Assembly (NCBI RefSeq): GCF_001194135.2
Contig: NC_068996.1
Span: 12,750,535-12,799,925, forward strand
DNA length: 49,391 nucleotides
Direction: 5' to 3'
Origin: Octopus bimaculoides
Lineage: Eukaryota
The notes under the pieces were generated by a model. It did no database searches and had not been told where the DNA came from. It saw only the letters and a program-made list of their open reading frames with translations. Position numbers and translations under genes: made by a program. This document shows positions 1 to 12,310 of the stretch, in pieces. The stretch's first letter is position 1, and every line of letters begins with the position of its first letter.

Positions 1-105
1 AAAATAAAATAAAACAAGTGAATCTTGTTTATTTTTCACTCAGATTTTACTTATTTCAACTATATTCAATATTCTAAAATGCAGCTTTCGAACCATGTTA
101 AGTTG

Positions 106-156
<51 letters not shown>

Positions 157-442
157 GTTGTTGTTGTTATCATCATCATCGTCATCAACATCATCAAGGT
201 GAGCTGGCAGAAGCGTTAGCATGCCAGATGAAATGCTTAGTGGCATTTCATGTCTTTGTGCTCTGAGTTCAAATTCTGCGCTGAGATTGACTCTGTCTTT
301 CATCCTTTCCCGATCATTTAAACACTCACCAGTTAAGCACCGGGAAGGGGGGGGGGACTGATGCAATCAGCTGTCTCCTTCCTCCAAAATTTCATATCTT
401 GTGCCTATAGCAGAAAAAAACCTCCTCCTCCACCTCCTCCTC

Positions 443-501
<59 letters not shown>

Positions 502-606
502 TAGTTTTTAATCTACTTGTTTGGTACAATCACTTGCCGGAACAAAACCCAGCACCCTATGGCAAGTGAAGGTTAAGAGATGTTTAATGCTAAGAGATGT
601 TTGTTA

Positions 607-644
<38 letters not shown>

Positions 645-672
645 GTTATTAATATTTTTGATGTTATTGTTG

Positions 673-703
<31 letters not shown>

Positions 704-863
704 TTCCTTCCTCTCTTAATTCAACTTTCCAGCTCATATCAATTTGGCAGCTTTCTGTGAAGATGTCTTTCTCCCAACGTGATAGTTTTACACGTACACA
801 TATGTATGTGTGTGTCTCTCTATTCATCCATCTATCTCTGTCTGTCTCTATCTATCTATCTAG

Positions 864-912
<49 letters not shown>

Positions 913-1723
913 TACATATGTATATATACACACATGCACACGTACGCCCGCCCACTCACAAATAGTCTATAAAATATTCTATAAAACAATGAAAGCTGTG
1001 CACACCAACCTTTCATTCCAGAATAAATATTGATTATGAATTCCTTTAAACCAATCTAAGAAAAATTCTAAATGGTTAAAAAGAAGTAACAACCCCCCCC
1101 CCCCAAAAAAAAAAGAAGCAATGTTGCGTTAACAGAAATGCAAATGCCCTCACATACACACACACACGCACACATCCATTCACATGCATTTATCTTTTAT
1201 AAAACCTGTATCACAAGAATTGTGACGTTATGTGACAGTTATAAACATCTTTAAGCAGAGATTTGTGCTATTGGTTGTAAGATACAGGCTTAGTGTGACC
1301 TCATGGAATGGGAGTGGAGATAATGAAATATGAGGAGAGCCAATGTTACTACCGTTTTGCTGTAGAACTAAATACATTACTCTCGTCTGTTAAACTGTAT
1401 TCTGTAATTACTATAGGAGTGGCTGTGTGGTTAGATGTTTACTTCTCAGCTACATGGTTCTGAGTTCAGTCTCATTGCATGGCATCTTGGCCAATTGTCT
1501 TCTGGGCCAACCAAAGCCTTGTGAGTGAATCTGGTAGACAGAAACTACTGAAAGATGTCTGTTATTTATATATCAGTGTGTGTCAATGTTTGCCCTCTGC
1601 CACTGCTTGAAACCGGTGTTGGTATGTTTACGTCCTCATTACTTAGCGGTTCAGCAAAAAAAGCAGCATAATAATTATCAGACATAAACAGAAAAAAATA
1701 AATAAAGAAACAAATAATAGACA

Positions 1724-1884
1724 CAGGCATGGCTGTGTGGTAAGAAGCTTGCTTTCCAACCACATGATTCCAGGTTCAGTCCTACTGCATGGCACCTTGG
1801 GCAAGTGTCTTCTACTATAATGTTGGGCTGACCAAAGCCTCGTGAGTGGATTTGGTAGATGGAAAACTGAATGAATCCCATCAT

Positions 1885-1964
<80 letters not shown>

Positions 1965-2200
1965 TATATATATACGTATATATGTTTGTGTGTCTGTATT
2001 TGTCCCCTAACCATTGCTTGACAACCGATGTTGGTGTGTTTACATCCCCCATAACTTAGTGGCTCAGCTAAGAGATCGATAGAATAAGTACTAGGCTTAC
2101 AAAGAATAAGTCCTGGGGTTGATTTGTTCAACTAAAGTCGGTGCTCCAGCATGGCTGCAGTCAAATGACTGAAACAAGTAAAAGATATAAAAGAATAAAA
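1724..2200 (+). mobile_element. tRNA-derived SINE, family A (internal TA/CA microsatellite); older copy just upstream at about 1413-1670
   Basis: A-box-like TGGCTGTGTGG, B-box-like GGTTCAGTCC, body CCTTGGGCAAGTGTCTTCTACTATA, tail CAGTCAAATGACTGAAACAAGTAAAAG. Confidence 0.85.
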
Positions 2201-2766
2201 GTACTGCAGTTGATTCATTTGACTAAAATTTCTTCAAGGCGGTGCCCCAGCATGACCGCAGTCAGATGACTGAAGCAGGTAAAAGATAAAAGATAAAGAT
2301 AGGGCTGTCTCCTTATGTTATGGTTACTCATCACCCACCCCCTTCATGCTTATTAGGCCTCTCTCTTTTGCCCCTCCCCAGCTCCTGCAGACTTTCAATT
2401 GTGTTGTCCCTTTCCCTTCCCCCACTGTCTTCTGCATCCCTCTGTCTCCCCCAACTCATGGCTCCTTGCTGAGCCACCCTTCAACCCTACCCATTTTAGC
2501 TTTCTGCCTCCCTATCCCTCATTCTTCAACTCACCTTGTGCCTTGTGGGGCTACCCAGGTACTCCCATCATAATTTATCTGTCTTTGGCTGAGGACCCAA
2601 GTTGAGAACCACTGGGTTAGATTATGACATTTCATCATTAGCATCATTTAATCTTTGTTTTCTATGCTGGCTTGGGTTGGTTAGTTTGACAGGGGTTGAC
2701 CAGCTGAAGAACTGCCCAGGCTCCATGTCTGTTTTGACATAACACCATAACTATGAGGGTTTAATT

Positions 2767-3129
2767 GTTACAAGAGTATAGATCATAAGAAAAATGGAAG
2801 TAAGATGGGCAGATCATGCATTTTGCTGCAAATGGGTTGCTGGCCATGTAGTAACGGTCTATTCAGTCACCAGAGACAGAATAAGTAGATCCTTACTAAG
2901 GATCTATCTCATCCCCCCACCCCATGATGGAATTGATTATTACTAAAGCTCTCTACTAAGAATCTACCTCATTTTATCTCCTATCATGGAATAAATTGCT
3001 ACTACATGGGTAACTAATGTTTATATGTAGTGAAATGCCCCATTTGCATATCTGTTTTTGAAACGGCTGTAAGAGACTACTCTGCACACATTCTTATTTC
3101 CTATTCCTTATGATCTATACTCTTATAAC
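2767..3129. repeat. Inverted repeat (2767-2805 and 3092-3129) enclosing a decayed HHR homologous to 21650-21810
   Basis: GTTACAAGAGTATAGATCATAAG versus CTTATGATCTATACTCTTATAAC. The loop has TGGAATAAATT...GAAATGC.CCAT.TGCA.ATCT...GAAACGGCTGTAAGAG, which aligns to the 21697 copy. Confidence 0.7.
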
Positions 3130-3676
3130 AACTCAACCATTATGTTTAGATATATAGATGGCATAATATGGTGAGATACCAATTGTTTGTTTATACTTTT
3201 ATTCTATTATATATGTGTGAACTGTAAACCATCTCTACCCTGTCGTTGTTAGACAGTTATGATTACAGGTGTTGAGCAGTTGAGAGGATAAACACACACA
3301 CACACACACACACATGATGGGCTTCTATCAGTTTCCATCTACCAAATCCACTCCCAAGGCTTTGGTCAACCTGAGGCTGTTGTAGAAGACACTTATCCAA
3401 GATGTGATGTGCAAGATGATTTGGGGGAAATTTTGTTGCTATTTCAAGCAGATCATGTAATCACTTAGAGACTTTACCATTAAGTTATTAGAGTTCCAGA
3501 ATTTCCTATGAAACTTTGCAGTTGTTGTATTTTTGTTTTTCCTATTCTTGTTGTTCATGCTTTTGTTATGTTACTGTTGCTTTTGTTTTTCTTGTACTCT
3601 CCCTATCCAATCCTTGTTTTCATTTCACTTATATACACCTCCCTTTAACTTAAGTGTACACCATGTCACATCTTCA

Positions 3677-3727
<51 letters not shown>

Positions 3728-4922
3728 CCTCTCTCTCTCTCCAACTGAGGTAGCCATGTATCACCTCTACTGCAAGACACCTATTACTATCTCTGTTCAC
3801 ACTCTAACCTCTCATCACTTGGCTCAAAGCCACCTCTCTCAGTAGTGCTCCCTTCCTCAGTTGAGGGTGTCTTTTCTTGCAAGTTATTTGGTGACCTTAA
3901 TAGTTCTGATGCCACATGAAAAGCACCCGGGTACATTCTGTAACGCAGTTTGCAATTAAAAAGACATCCTGCCAGAGAAACTGTGTCAAAGGAGACAGAA
4001 GATCTTGGCACAGTCTTCTGATTTGTCAGCTTCTGTCAAGCAAAACTATCCAGCCTATGCCAGCATGAAAAGAGAACATTGATGATGCTGATGATGATGA
4101 TGATCCTGTTACTATTGTTCGTGTTGTTGTTGTTGTGGTTGCTGTATAGTTGTCATAGTTCTTCTGCTACAGGTGTTTTTTGCTGTTGTCACTGTTATCG
4201 CTGCCAATGCTGCTACCGATGCTACTGCTGCTGATTTTCCTCTTACGCCTGTTGTTGTTTTTGTTTTAATACTCTATCATGTTAAAAAGATCTTCATAAT
4301 TATTATCAGTTATATTTTCATCTTGGTATTTAAGTAATAATCTCCTTAATTACTAGTGTTGCTACTACTTGTGCTTATAATCAACACCAATCACCCTCTC
4401 TCAACTAGGAGGAGATTTATTTTTCACTCTCACCTGCTTAACACCACCAGACTCTCTTTAACACCTTCTACCCTTTAAATCTTCTCATGGGGCTTAGACA
4501 AGAGCCACATATGTTCTTTTTTCTTTTCTCTTTTTAAAAAAAAAAAAAATTTTTTTTTACATAATCCATAATGTCTATGATTTAACGCACACAGATGCAC
4601 TTTCAGGCATGCCATACAATGAATTCGAAAAGCTACGATGCTCGTAATCATAATGCGCTTGTTACCAACCATCATTATTATCACAAGGAGTAACAACCGC
4701 CACTACTGCTACTGCTACTACGACTACTGATACTACTACTACTAACTACTACTGCTGCTATTACTACCACCTTTAACTGCATCAATCTTATCAACACTGC
4801 CAAATGTATACGATTGGTGATGATGGGGCATCACACACTGTAGCAACACTAAAGAATTATTTTTTGTACCAAGTGTGTGTGTGTGTGTGTGTCTGTGTGC
4901 ATATATGTAAATAATACATTGA

Positions 4923-4975
<53 letters not shown>

Positions 4976-5196
4976 CATCATTATCATCATCATTATTTAA
5001 TGTCCTCTTTCCTTAGATTGGACAATTTGACAGGAACCGGCCAGGCAGAAGCCTGGACCATACTTCTGTGTCAGTTTTGGCATGGTTTTAATGGTTGGAT
5101 GCTCTTCCTAACACCAACCATTCTGCAGATTTATGCACACACACACACACACACACACGTAGACATATACACACTAGGATCAGAAAGTGAAAATGA

Positions 5197-5388
5197 GTGC
5201 TCAACACTGCATTGGTGGATAGATATTGTTTACTAGTGGATTAATGAGGCAATCAATGATTCATGTGAAAGCCATCTCCACTATTGTTCAAATGAACCAC
5301 AGAGGGAATGTTGATACTTATTTCTGTTTTCTATGCTGTTTTAACTCACCAATAAAGAATATTTATCCACCAATGCAGTGTTGAGCAC
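5197..5388. repeat. Inverted repeat (31-bp near-perfect arms, extendable to about 48 bp)
   Basis: GTGCTCAACACTGCATTGGTGGATAGATATT (5197-5227) versus 5358-5388, one mismatch. Confidence 0.9.
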
Positions 5389-5872
5389 ACACTGTCACTG
5401 TTCCATGTAGTAGTGTGTAGTAGTGCTTTTGGTATTCTTAAACACCAGACAAACACTAAACACAAACATGGAATCAAAACAAACCATATGAGTGTGTGTG
5501 TTTTATATATGTATATTAGATAATAAATTGTATGGTATACAACTTACAGGTAGAATATGTTCACTTTCTCAGTGTTCATTGGGTAATTTGATTAATGAAA
5601 GAGACAGAAGATGGAAGATACGAGAATGTTTATCAATCACTACAATTGTTTTGACCCATCTAGCATTGATCCCTCATGGGTGGGATACTTAACAACTGGC
5701 TTAGGAGTATCTGACAGTATAGATGTTCCTCTTTCAAGATTACAAGATGTTTCTCATTAAAATAATGACTGTTCTGCAAGGTATCTTCTCCGTTTGTGTA
5801 TAGAAAAGCAGTTAATTAAAGGATACAATTTCATTTCTATATAAGACAATAAATTTGAATGCTAATGGGTTA

Positions 5873-5913
<41 letters not shown>

Positions 5914-6681
5914 CCTTTTATCCTTGGTGGCTCCACTAGTGCAGGTGCTACTTAAAATACACCCAGTCCACACTGTAAAGTAGTTAAGCATTTGGAAGGA
6001 CATCCAGCTGTAAAAAACCATGCCAAAACTGACCTTGTCTGTGTGAGTGCTACATAGAAAGCACTCAGCTCACTCTGTCTTCTGGTTGCTGTTAGGAAGG
6101 ACATTGAGCTGTAAAATCCATGACACAGGCCCCCTCCTGGCTAGCTCCTGTCGAACTGTCCAACACATGCCAGCATGGAAAAAGGACATTAAACATTGAT
6201 GATGATGATGACGATAAAGGTGATCCTTTTGGGTTAAAAAAAAAAAAAACTATTATAGTATACTTTCCAAAGCTCTTCTGTGAGTATTGACTACCAAATG
6301 CTATCATAGAGTGGGACTTCTCTCACTGACTATACATGTAGAAATCCTTAAAGATCCACAGAGTATATACAAAAATGAATATGCTTTATTACATATCTCT
6401 ACTATTGTGTCAATGCATCATTCATTACCACTGTTTATTGCTGAAAGTTACATATATTACAAACAATATTGCATTAATATCACTCAGCAATAGTGGCTTA
6501 TGCATCTCTTCAGGTGTGTTGAGTTGAAAGCTCTGTTAGATCATATTTTAATTTTCCTCATTTTATACTTAGATTTAAATACTATCTTAAGCATTCTACA
6601 GACAAAGAGAAGAAAAACGGCATAAAAACAAAGGAAAGGAAACAAAGAATGAAGAAGTAGCATACTCATTCAGCCTTTTAA

Positions 6682-7318
6682 CCCTTTAGCATTTAAACCA
6701 GCCATATCCTGCCAAAATATTCTTCCTGTTTTATGTTGAAACTGGCCAGACCCAAGATTTCTCACCTACTCTACAATGTCATTCTAAAAATAAAACAGTC
6801 ACATGATCAAAATCGAGAAACTGTGTGATAATGCAAGAATAATTAAAAACTGTGAATAAATATAGGTGCAGGAGTGGCTGTTTGCTAAGTAGCTTACTTA
6901 CCAACCACATGGTTCCGGGTTCAGTCCCACTATGTGGCACCTTGGGCAAGTGTCTTCTACTATAGCCTCGGGCCGACCAAAGCCTTGTGAGTGGATTTGG
7001 TAGATGGAAACTGAAAGAAGCCCATCGTATATATGTATGTATGTGTGTGTATATGTTTGTGTGTCTGTGTTTGTCCCCCCCCCCCCAGCATCGCTTGACA
7101 ACTGATGCTGGTGTGTTTACGTCCCTGTAACGTTAGCAGTTCGGCAATAGAGACTAATAGAATAAGTACTAGGCTTCCAAAGAATAAGTCCTGGGGTCGA
7201 TTTCTTTGACTAAAAACCCTTCAAGGCGGTGCTCCAGCATGGCTGCAGTCAAATGACTGAAACAATTAAAACAGAAAATACACATTATATTTGACAGAGT
7301 AGTCTGAATGCTAAAGGG
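6682..7318 (+). mobile_element. piggyBac-like MITE (CCCTTTAGCATT termini) interrupted by a SINE at about 6864-7275
   Basis: TTAA|CCCTTTAGCATT ... AATGCTAAAGGG|TTAT. Related copies at about 7345-7520 (+), 17318-17445 (-), 17963-18168 (-) and 35373-35577 (+). Confidence 0.8.
6864..7275 (+). mobile_element. SINE family A, full length, nested in a MITE
   Basis: Same head, body and tail motifs as the other family A copies. Confidence 0.9.
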
Positions 7319-7525
7319 TTATACACACACATATACATATGTATATCGTTTTAGCCTTTAACCTGGCTAGATCTGGCCTCTCTCACCAGCCAACCATACA
7401 ATGTCATTCTAAGAAAATAAACAATCACATCATCGAAATACAGAAGCTGCGAGGTAATGCAAAATTAATTGAAAACAATGTGAATAAATAAGTATAACAT
7501 TTGAGAGAGTTATTTCAATGTTATG

Positions 7526-7682
7526 AAGTAGTTGTATGCTGTCAACTTAATGTGACAGTCCCATGAAGGGAATAATGCTACTGCTATTTAGCCCTAGGAA
7601 GCTGCACCGCTTCCTGTCGGCCAGCAGTAGTATTATTCCCTTCATGGGACTGTCACATTAAGTTGACAGCATACAACTACTT
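7526..7682. repeat. Inverted repeat, 60-bp arms (59/60 identical), 37-bp spacer
   Basis: 7526-7585 versus reverse complement of 7623-7682; the spacer holds a further hairpin AGGAAGC-TGCACC-GCTTCCT. Confidence 0.95.
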
Positions 7683-8582
7683 ATTGTAGGCCAGCAATGT
7701 TTGAGGTATGAAGATACGCCGTAAGGCTAAACCCCTTATGAGTGAGAAACTCGGTGTAACATCATAAACCGGCCTACTGCACTATTATATATATACATGT
7801 ATATATATATTATATTATATATACATGTATATATATATATATTATATATATACATCACTACTGCTTAAATCTCTCTGAGAGATTTAGAAATGTATTAATT
7901 CTATATTTCAGTGTTGTGTAGGGTTAAAAGTAGAGACTCTGTCTTCACCAGCTGGAAATTTAGGGAAAGTAAGAATACACATTTAAGGATAAGAATGTCA
8001 TAAAAAGATAAATTTTATCAGTTTACCATCCTGCCCACTTACCCTGTCCAATCCTTTGTAACACTTCACTTACCTTAAGTGTATGCCTCCCCACCATAAA
8101 CACCACTACCTCTCTTTGTTTTTTTTCCTTTCTTTTCCAACTGGGTTAGCCATGTATTTCCTCTATCTCTATCTGTCTGTTACACTTTTTAACCTCTCTT
8201 CAGTTGGCACAGAGCCGCCCCATTCAATACTACCCCCTCTCCCTCAGTCAAGAGGTCTTGTTTTGTTATTCTACAGGCCTGTTTACTGTCACTCATTAAG
8301 GCCACTAACTCATGGACAAATTTATGACCTTAAAGCACCATTCTATTATCTCTCTCTCTTTTTTTTTTCTTATTTATTCTTCCCTTTCTCTCTTTAGATT
8401 TTCTCACTTTCTATCTGTTTCTAAGATTTCTTTTGTCTAAGGGTTCTTTTGAGGCAGGGGGAAGGGGTTCTTATGTTCAGTCATATATGCAATATTAAAT
8501 GTGTGTCAGGACAAACATATTCTGTGCATTTTTTTGTATGCATATGAATAGTTATTTACGTTATTTACGAATAGTTATTTAT

Positions 8583-9335
8583 ATAGGTGCAGAGTGGCTG
8601 TGTGGTAAGTAGCTTGCTTACCAACCACATGGTTCCGGGTTCAGTCCCACTGCGTGGCACCTTGGGCAAGTGTCTTCTACTATAGCCTTGGGCTGACCAA
8701 AACCTTGTGAGTGGATTTGGTAGACGGAAACTAAAAGAAGCCCATCATATATATGTATATGTATATATAATAATATTAGGGATAAAATCCAAATTTACAG
8801 GTAAAAACTCAATTAAAATCAATTTATTAAAAATTAAAATTAAATTAAGTTTCACAGTATAAAATATATGTAAATATATAGTATTAGGGAAAAGACTAAA
8901 GGTGGTGCTTCAGCCTGGCCACAGTCAAATGACTGAAGCAAGTAAAAGAGTGAAAGAGAGAGAGAGAGTAGTGGCTCATTAATAGCCTGTATACATACAT
9001 ACATACATACACACATACATACATACATACATACATATGTGACAGTGGATTTTCATAGATGAGTTCATAAACCTTGGTTCTTTTCCCTAATAATATATAT
9101 ATATATATATATGTATGTGCGTGTGTATGTTTGTGTGTCTGTGTTTGTCCCCCCAACATCGCTTGACAACCAATGCTGGTGTGTTTACGTCCCCGTAACT
9201 TAGCAGTTCGGCAAAAGAGACCGATAGAATAAGTACTAGGCTTCCAAAGAATAAGTCCTGGGGTCAGTTTGCTCGACTAAAGGCGGTGCTCCAGCATGGC
9301 CACAGTCAAATGACTGAAACAAGTAAAAGAGTAAG
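8583..9335 (+). mobile_element. SINE family A split by a 340-bp complex insertion (8763-9100)
   Basis: 5' half 8583-8760, 3' half 9115-9335. Confidence 0.9.
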
Positions 9336-9735
9336 AGAGAGAGAGAGTAGTGGCTCATTAATAGCCTGTGTGTATACATACATACATACATATGTACATA
9401 ATATGAACATATGTATGTAATATGCAGGTACGTATGTAATACTATAAAAAGTTCAAGGTCTGATAGAACCCCATCTGTGTTATTGTTTATGTATGTACAT
9501 GTGTGTGTGTATGTGCGTGCGTGCATGTGTGTGTGTGGGGGGGGTGCATGTGTTTGGGTTCAAGTGCAATGCATGTGTTTAGGTTCAACATGCAAGCTGC
9601 AATATAAACAAAGGAAAGCTGGAAACAGTGTACTGCTGTGGTTTTACCCTTTTTTTATGCCACCCCACTTAAGACCACCCTTGGTTCTTTGATAGAATCT
9701 TCGTGTTTTGAAGTGATTTCATTAAAAAATGTTTA

Positions 9736-10085
9736 TTACATTTGATGGCACAAATGACACGTAAGCATATTAGATGAACCCCATTTTCTGAAGAATATAT
9801 TCAGGAAAAATTGAGCACCAAGGACAAAATGGAAAGCCCAAAATATGGGAAGGCCCAACCTCTCATGTAGGATCCAGAAAGATTTCTTGTGATATATTTT
9901 TGGAAACAANNNNNNNNNNAAGGCCCAACCTCTCATGTAGGATCCAGAAAGATTTCTTGTGATATATTTTTGGAAACAAAAAAATTGTTAGGAAGGCCCA
10001 ACCTCTCATGTAGGATCCAGAAAGGTTTTTTGTGATATATTTTTGGAAGCAAAAAAAATTATATCTTATATGCCATCAAATGTAA
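9736..10085. mobile_element. Tc1/mariner-type MITE with internal 73-bp repeats
   Basis: Perfect 15-bp TIR TTACATTTGATGGCA flanked by TA on both sides; internal unit AGGCCCAACCTCTCATGTAGGATCCAGAAAG... at 9851, 9921 and 9994. Confidence 0.8.
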
Positions 10086-10113
10086 TAATTTATGTTCTAA
10101 ACACCAGCTTAAT

Positions 10114-10512
10114 ACTCTTTACCTGTTTCAGTTATTTGACTGTGGCCATGCTGGAGCACCGCCTTTAGTCGAGCAAATCGACCCCAGGACTTATTCTTTG
10201 GACGCCTAGTACTTATTCTATTGGTTTCTTTTGCCGAACAGCTAAGTTACGGGGACGTAAACACACCAGCATCGGTTGTCAAGCAATGTTGGGGGAGGAC
10301 AAACACAGACACACACACACATACAGATATATATATACATATATACGATGGGCATCTTTCAGTTTCCGTCTTCCAAATCCACTCACAAGGCTTTGGTCGA
10401 CCCGAGGCTATAGTAGAAGACACTTGCCCAAGGTGCAACGCAGTGGGACTGAACCCAGATCCATGTGGTTGGTAAGTAAGCTACTTACCACACAGCCACT
10501 CCTGCGCCTATA
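10114..10512 (-). mobile_element. SINE family A, full length
   Basis: Reverse complement matches the + copies over head, body and tail. Confidence 0.9.
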
Positions 10513-10824
10513 CTGAGAAAGTTATTTTGATAAAATCTTCATTATTTTCAATTTATTAGAAACAGTGGTGGCAGTATATACCAAGAGAAATATGCTCCCT
10601 AATAAAAGGGTTAATAAAATAATTTGTTTGAAAATTGAAAATCATAATCCATACAGAAGCCACCTGAAGAAGCCAAAATGTTGAAACTGTAACAATCCAG
10701 ACACCACTCTGACTATACTGGTGTATTATAATGGTAATTTTTTTATCTCGGAAATTCTGGCGGAAATGTCTTTTACTATTTAATTTTTCTTTATTTCAAC
10801 TAATTTTTTAATTTTTTAACCCAG

Positions 10825-10998
10825 GCTCAGATAACAAAATCATGGAATCACTACTCGCAATAGAAGCACAGCTTGATAAACTATATGCAACACCAGATCC
10901 TGAAGTACCTGAAAACGAAGTGAAGTTTATGTCCATCGTATCAGATCTAGCTGATAGAGAATTAGTCGTTACAATTAGCTGGGCAAAACAAGTACCTG
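10825..10998 (+). CDS. ERR: Estrogen-related receptor, internal coding exon (end of hinge, LBD helices 1-3); exon may start at 10825 or 10831
   Basis: T-rich tract then ccAG|gctcAG|ataac; donor CCTG|gtaagt at 10999. Reads DNKIMESLLAIEAQLDKLYATPDPEVPENEVKFMSIVSDLADRELVVTISWAKQVPG, matching the ERR pattern NKI..LL..E....YA.PDP and DLADRELVV.I.WAK..PG. Phase 1 at both ends. Confidence 0.95.
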
Positions 10999-12124
10999 GT
11001 AAGTGATTGTCTTGAGTATTAATTATTTCATATCAATTATTCTATATAATGAACACTAACAGCACAAAACAATAATGACAAAAGAAAAAAGCTAAGGTGA
11101 AGGAGCCTCTATTTGGTTATGCTTCCTGATGTTGTATATATAATAGCCAAATCATTTTTACTGATATGATTGGCAATTTGCTATGCTTAAGAAAACCTGC
11201 TCAGCTAAGTAAAAATTGAGGCCATCATATCATGACCACACCCGCTGCAAACAATCTGTCCCTGAGAAATTTCTCTCCCCAACAACCCACCTTCCCTCCA
11301 CCCTTATTCACCACTTGCTGCACTCTTCTCCTTTCCATCCCTTACTCTCTCTTTGCACCCTTGCAAACCTACCAGCACGTTATTTGTCCCTTTTTGCTCT
11401 CTTCTGCACAGCATAACCTTCTAACACCTCCTCTCTCTATTTGTGTCCACTCGCTATATTCCTCCTCTCCTCCACCTCCCACTCTCCTTTCACAGTCTCA
11501 CAAACTCACCTACCCACTCGTCCAATCCCATCCCTGGTTCCACTTCACTTATTTACACCTCCCTATAACTTGAGTGCAGCCCTGTCACATCTTCACCATC
11601 TTCTCACTCCCTTCACTGTCTCTCCTCCACTTTAAGACACTTATTTCTTACCCTCTCTTCAACTGGCAAATAAGGAAACATGGATATTAAACAGATGATG
11701 ATGTGGTACAAAACTATTTGGGCACTGTACCTATCAGAAGAAAAATAAAAGAATTAAAAGGATTCCTTCTAGGGACAGACAATTGGCAAAAACAACAGTA
11801 GCAATAAAATACTGAATAAGGGTCTCTTTTCCAGAAGAATTGAAGGAATTTGTTGGTAAACCACCAGTTTGAAACCTTGGGACTGTCTTTGGGTTCCATC
11901 ATCATCATCATCATCATCTGTTTAATGTGCATTTTTCCTTATTTGCATGGATATTATTATGATAGATATTTTTATGACTACATGCCCTTCTGTCAACAAC
12001 CCTCACCTAAGGTAATATTTTTCGTTGGCTGGACGTGTTTTCACAGAAGACTGAAAACAATTAACATCTCTTGTTCAATGGTAAGACTTGCTTTACCTTT
12101 ACTGTGTGATGTTAAAATGAAGTA

Positions 12125-12310
12125 AAACACACACACATACACACCTAACAAGTTTCCTACAGTTTCCATCTAGCAAGTCAACTCATGGTTTTGCTCAGCC
12201 TGGGGCTATCAGAGAAGACACTTGCTCAAGATTGCACACTGTGGGACTGAACCTAGAACCATGTGTTTTGGAAGCAAGCCTCTTATCAAGCACCCATGCC
12301 TGTGCCTATA
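12125..12310 (-). mobile_element. SINE family A, diverged 5' half
   Basis: AGAAGACACTTGCTCAAG...GTGGGACTGAACC...CATGCCTGTGCCTATA. Confidence 0.75.

Noticed and set aside
10660-10700. CTGAAGA-AGCCAAAATGTT-GAAAC, 140 nt upstream of the first ERR exon
   Set aside because: It resembles a PLE hammerhead core, but helix II barely pairs and no helix I, helix III or UH can be placed; at most a truncated fossil.
1-10824. Search for ERR DNA-binding-domain or hinge exons
   Set aside because: No C4 zinc-finger or RGGRQKY-type coding sequence with splice sites was found; these exons presumably lie upstream of the window.
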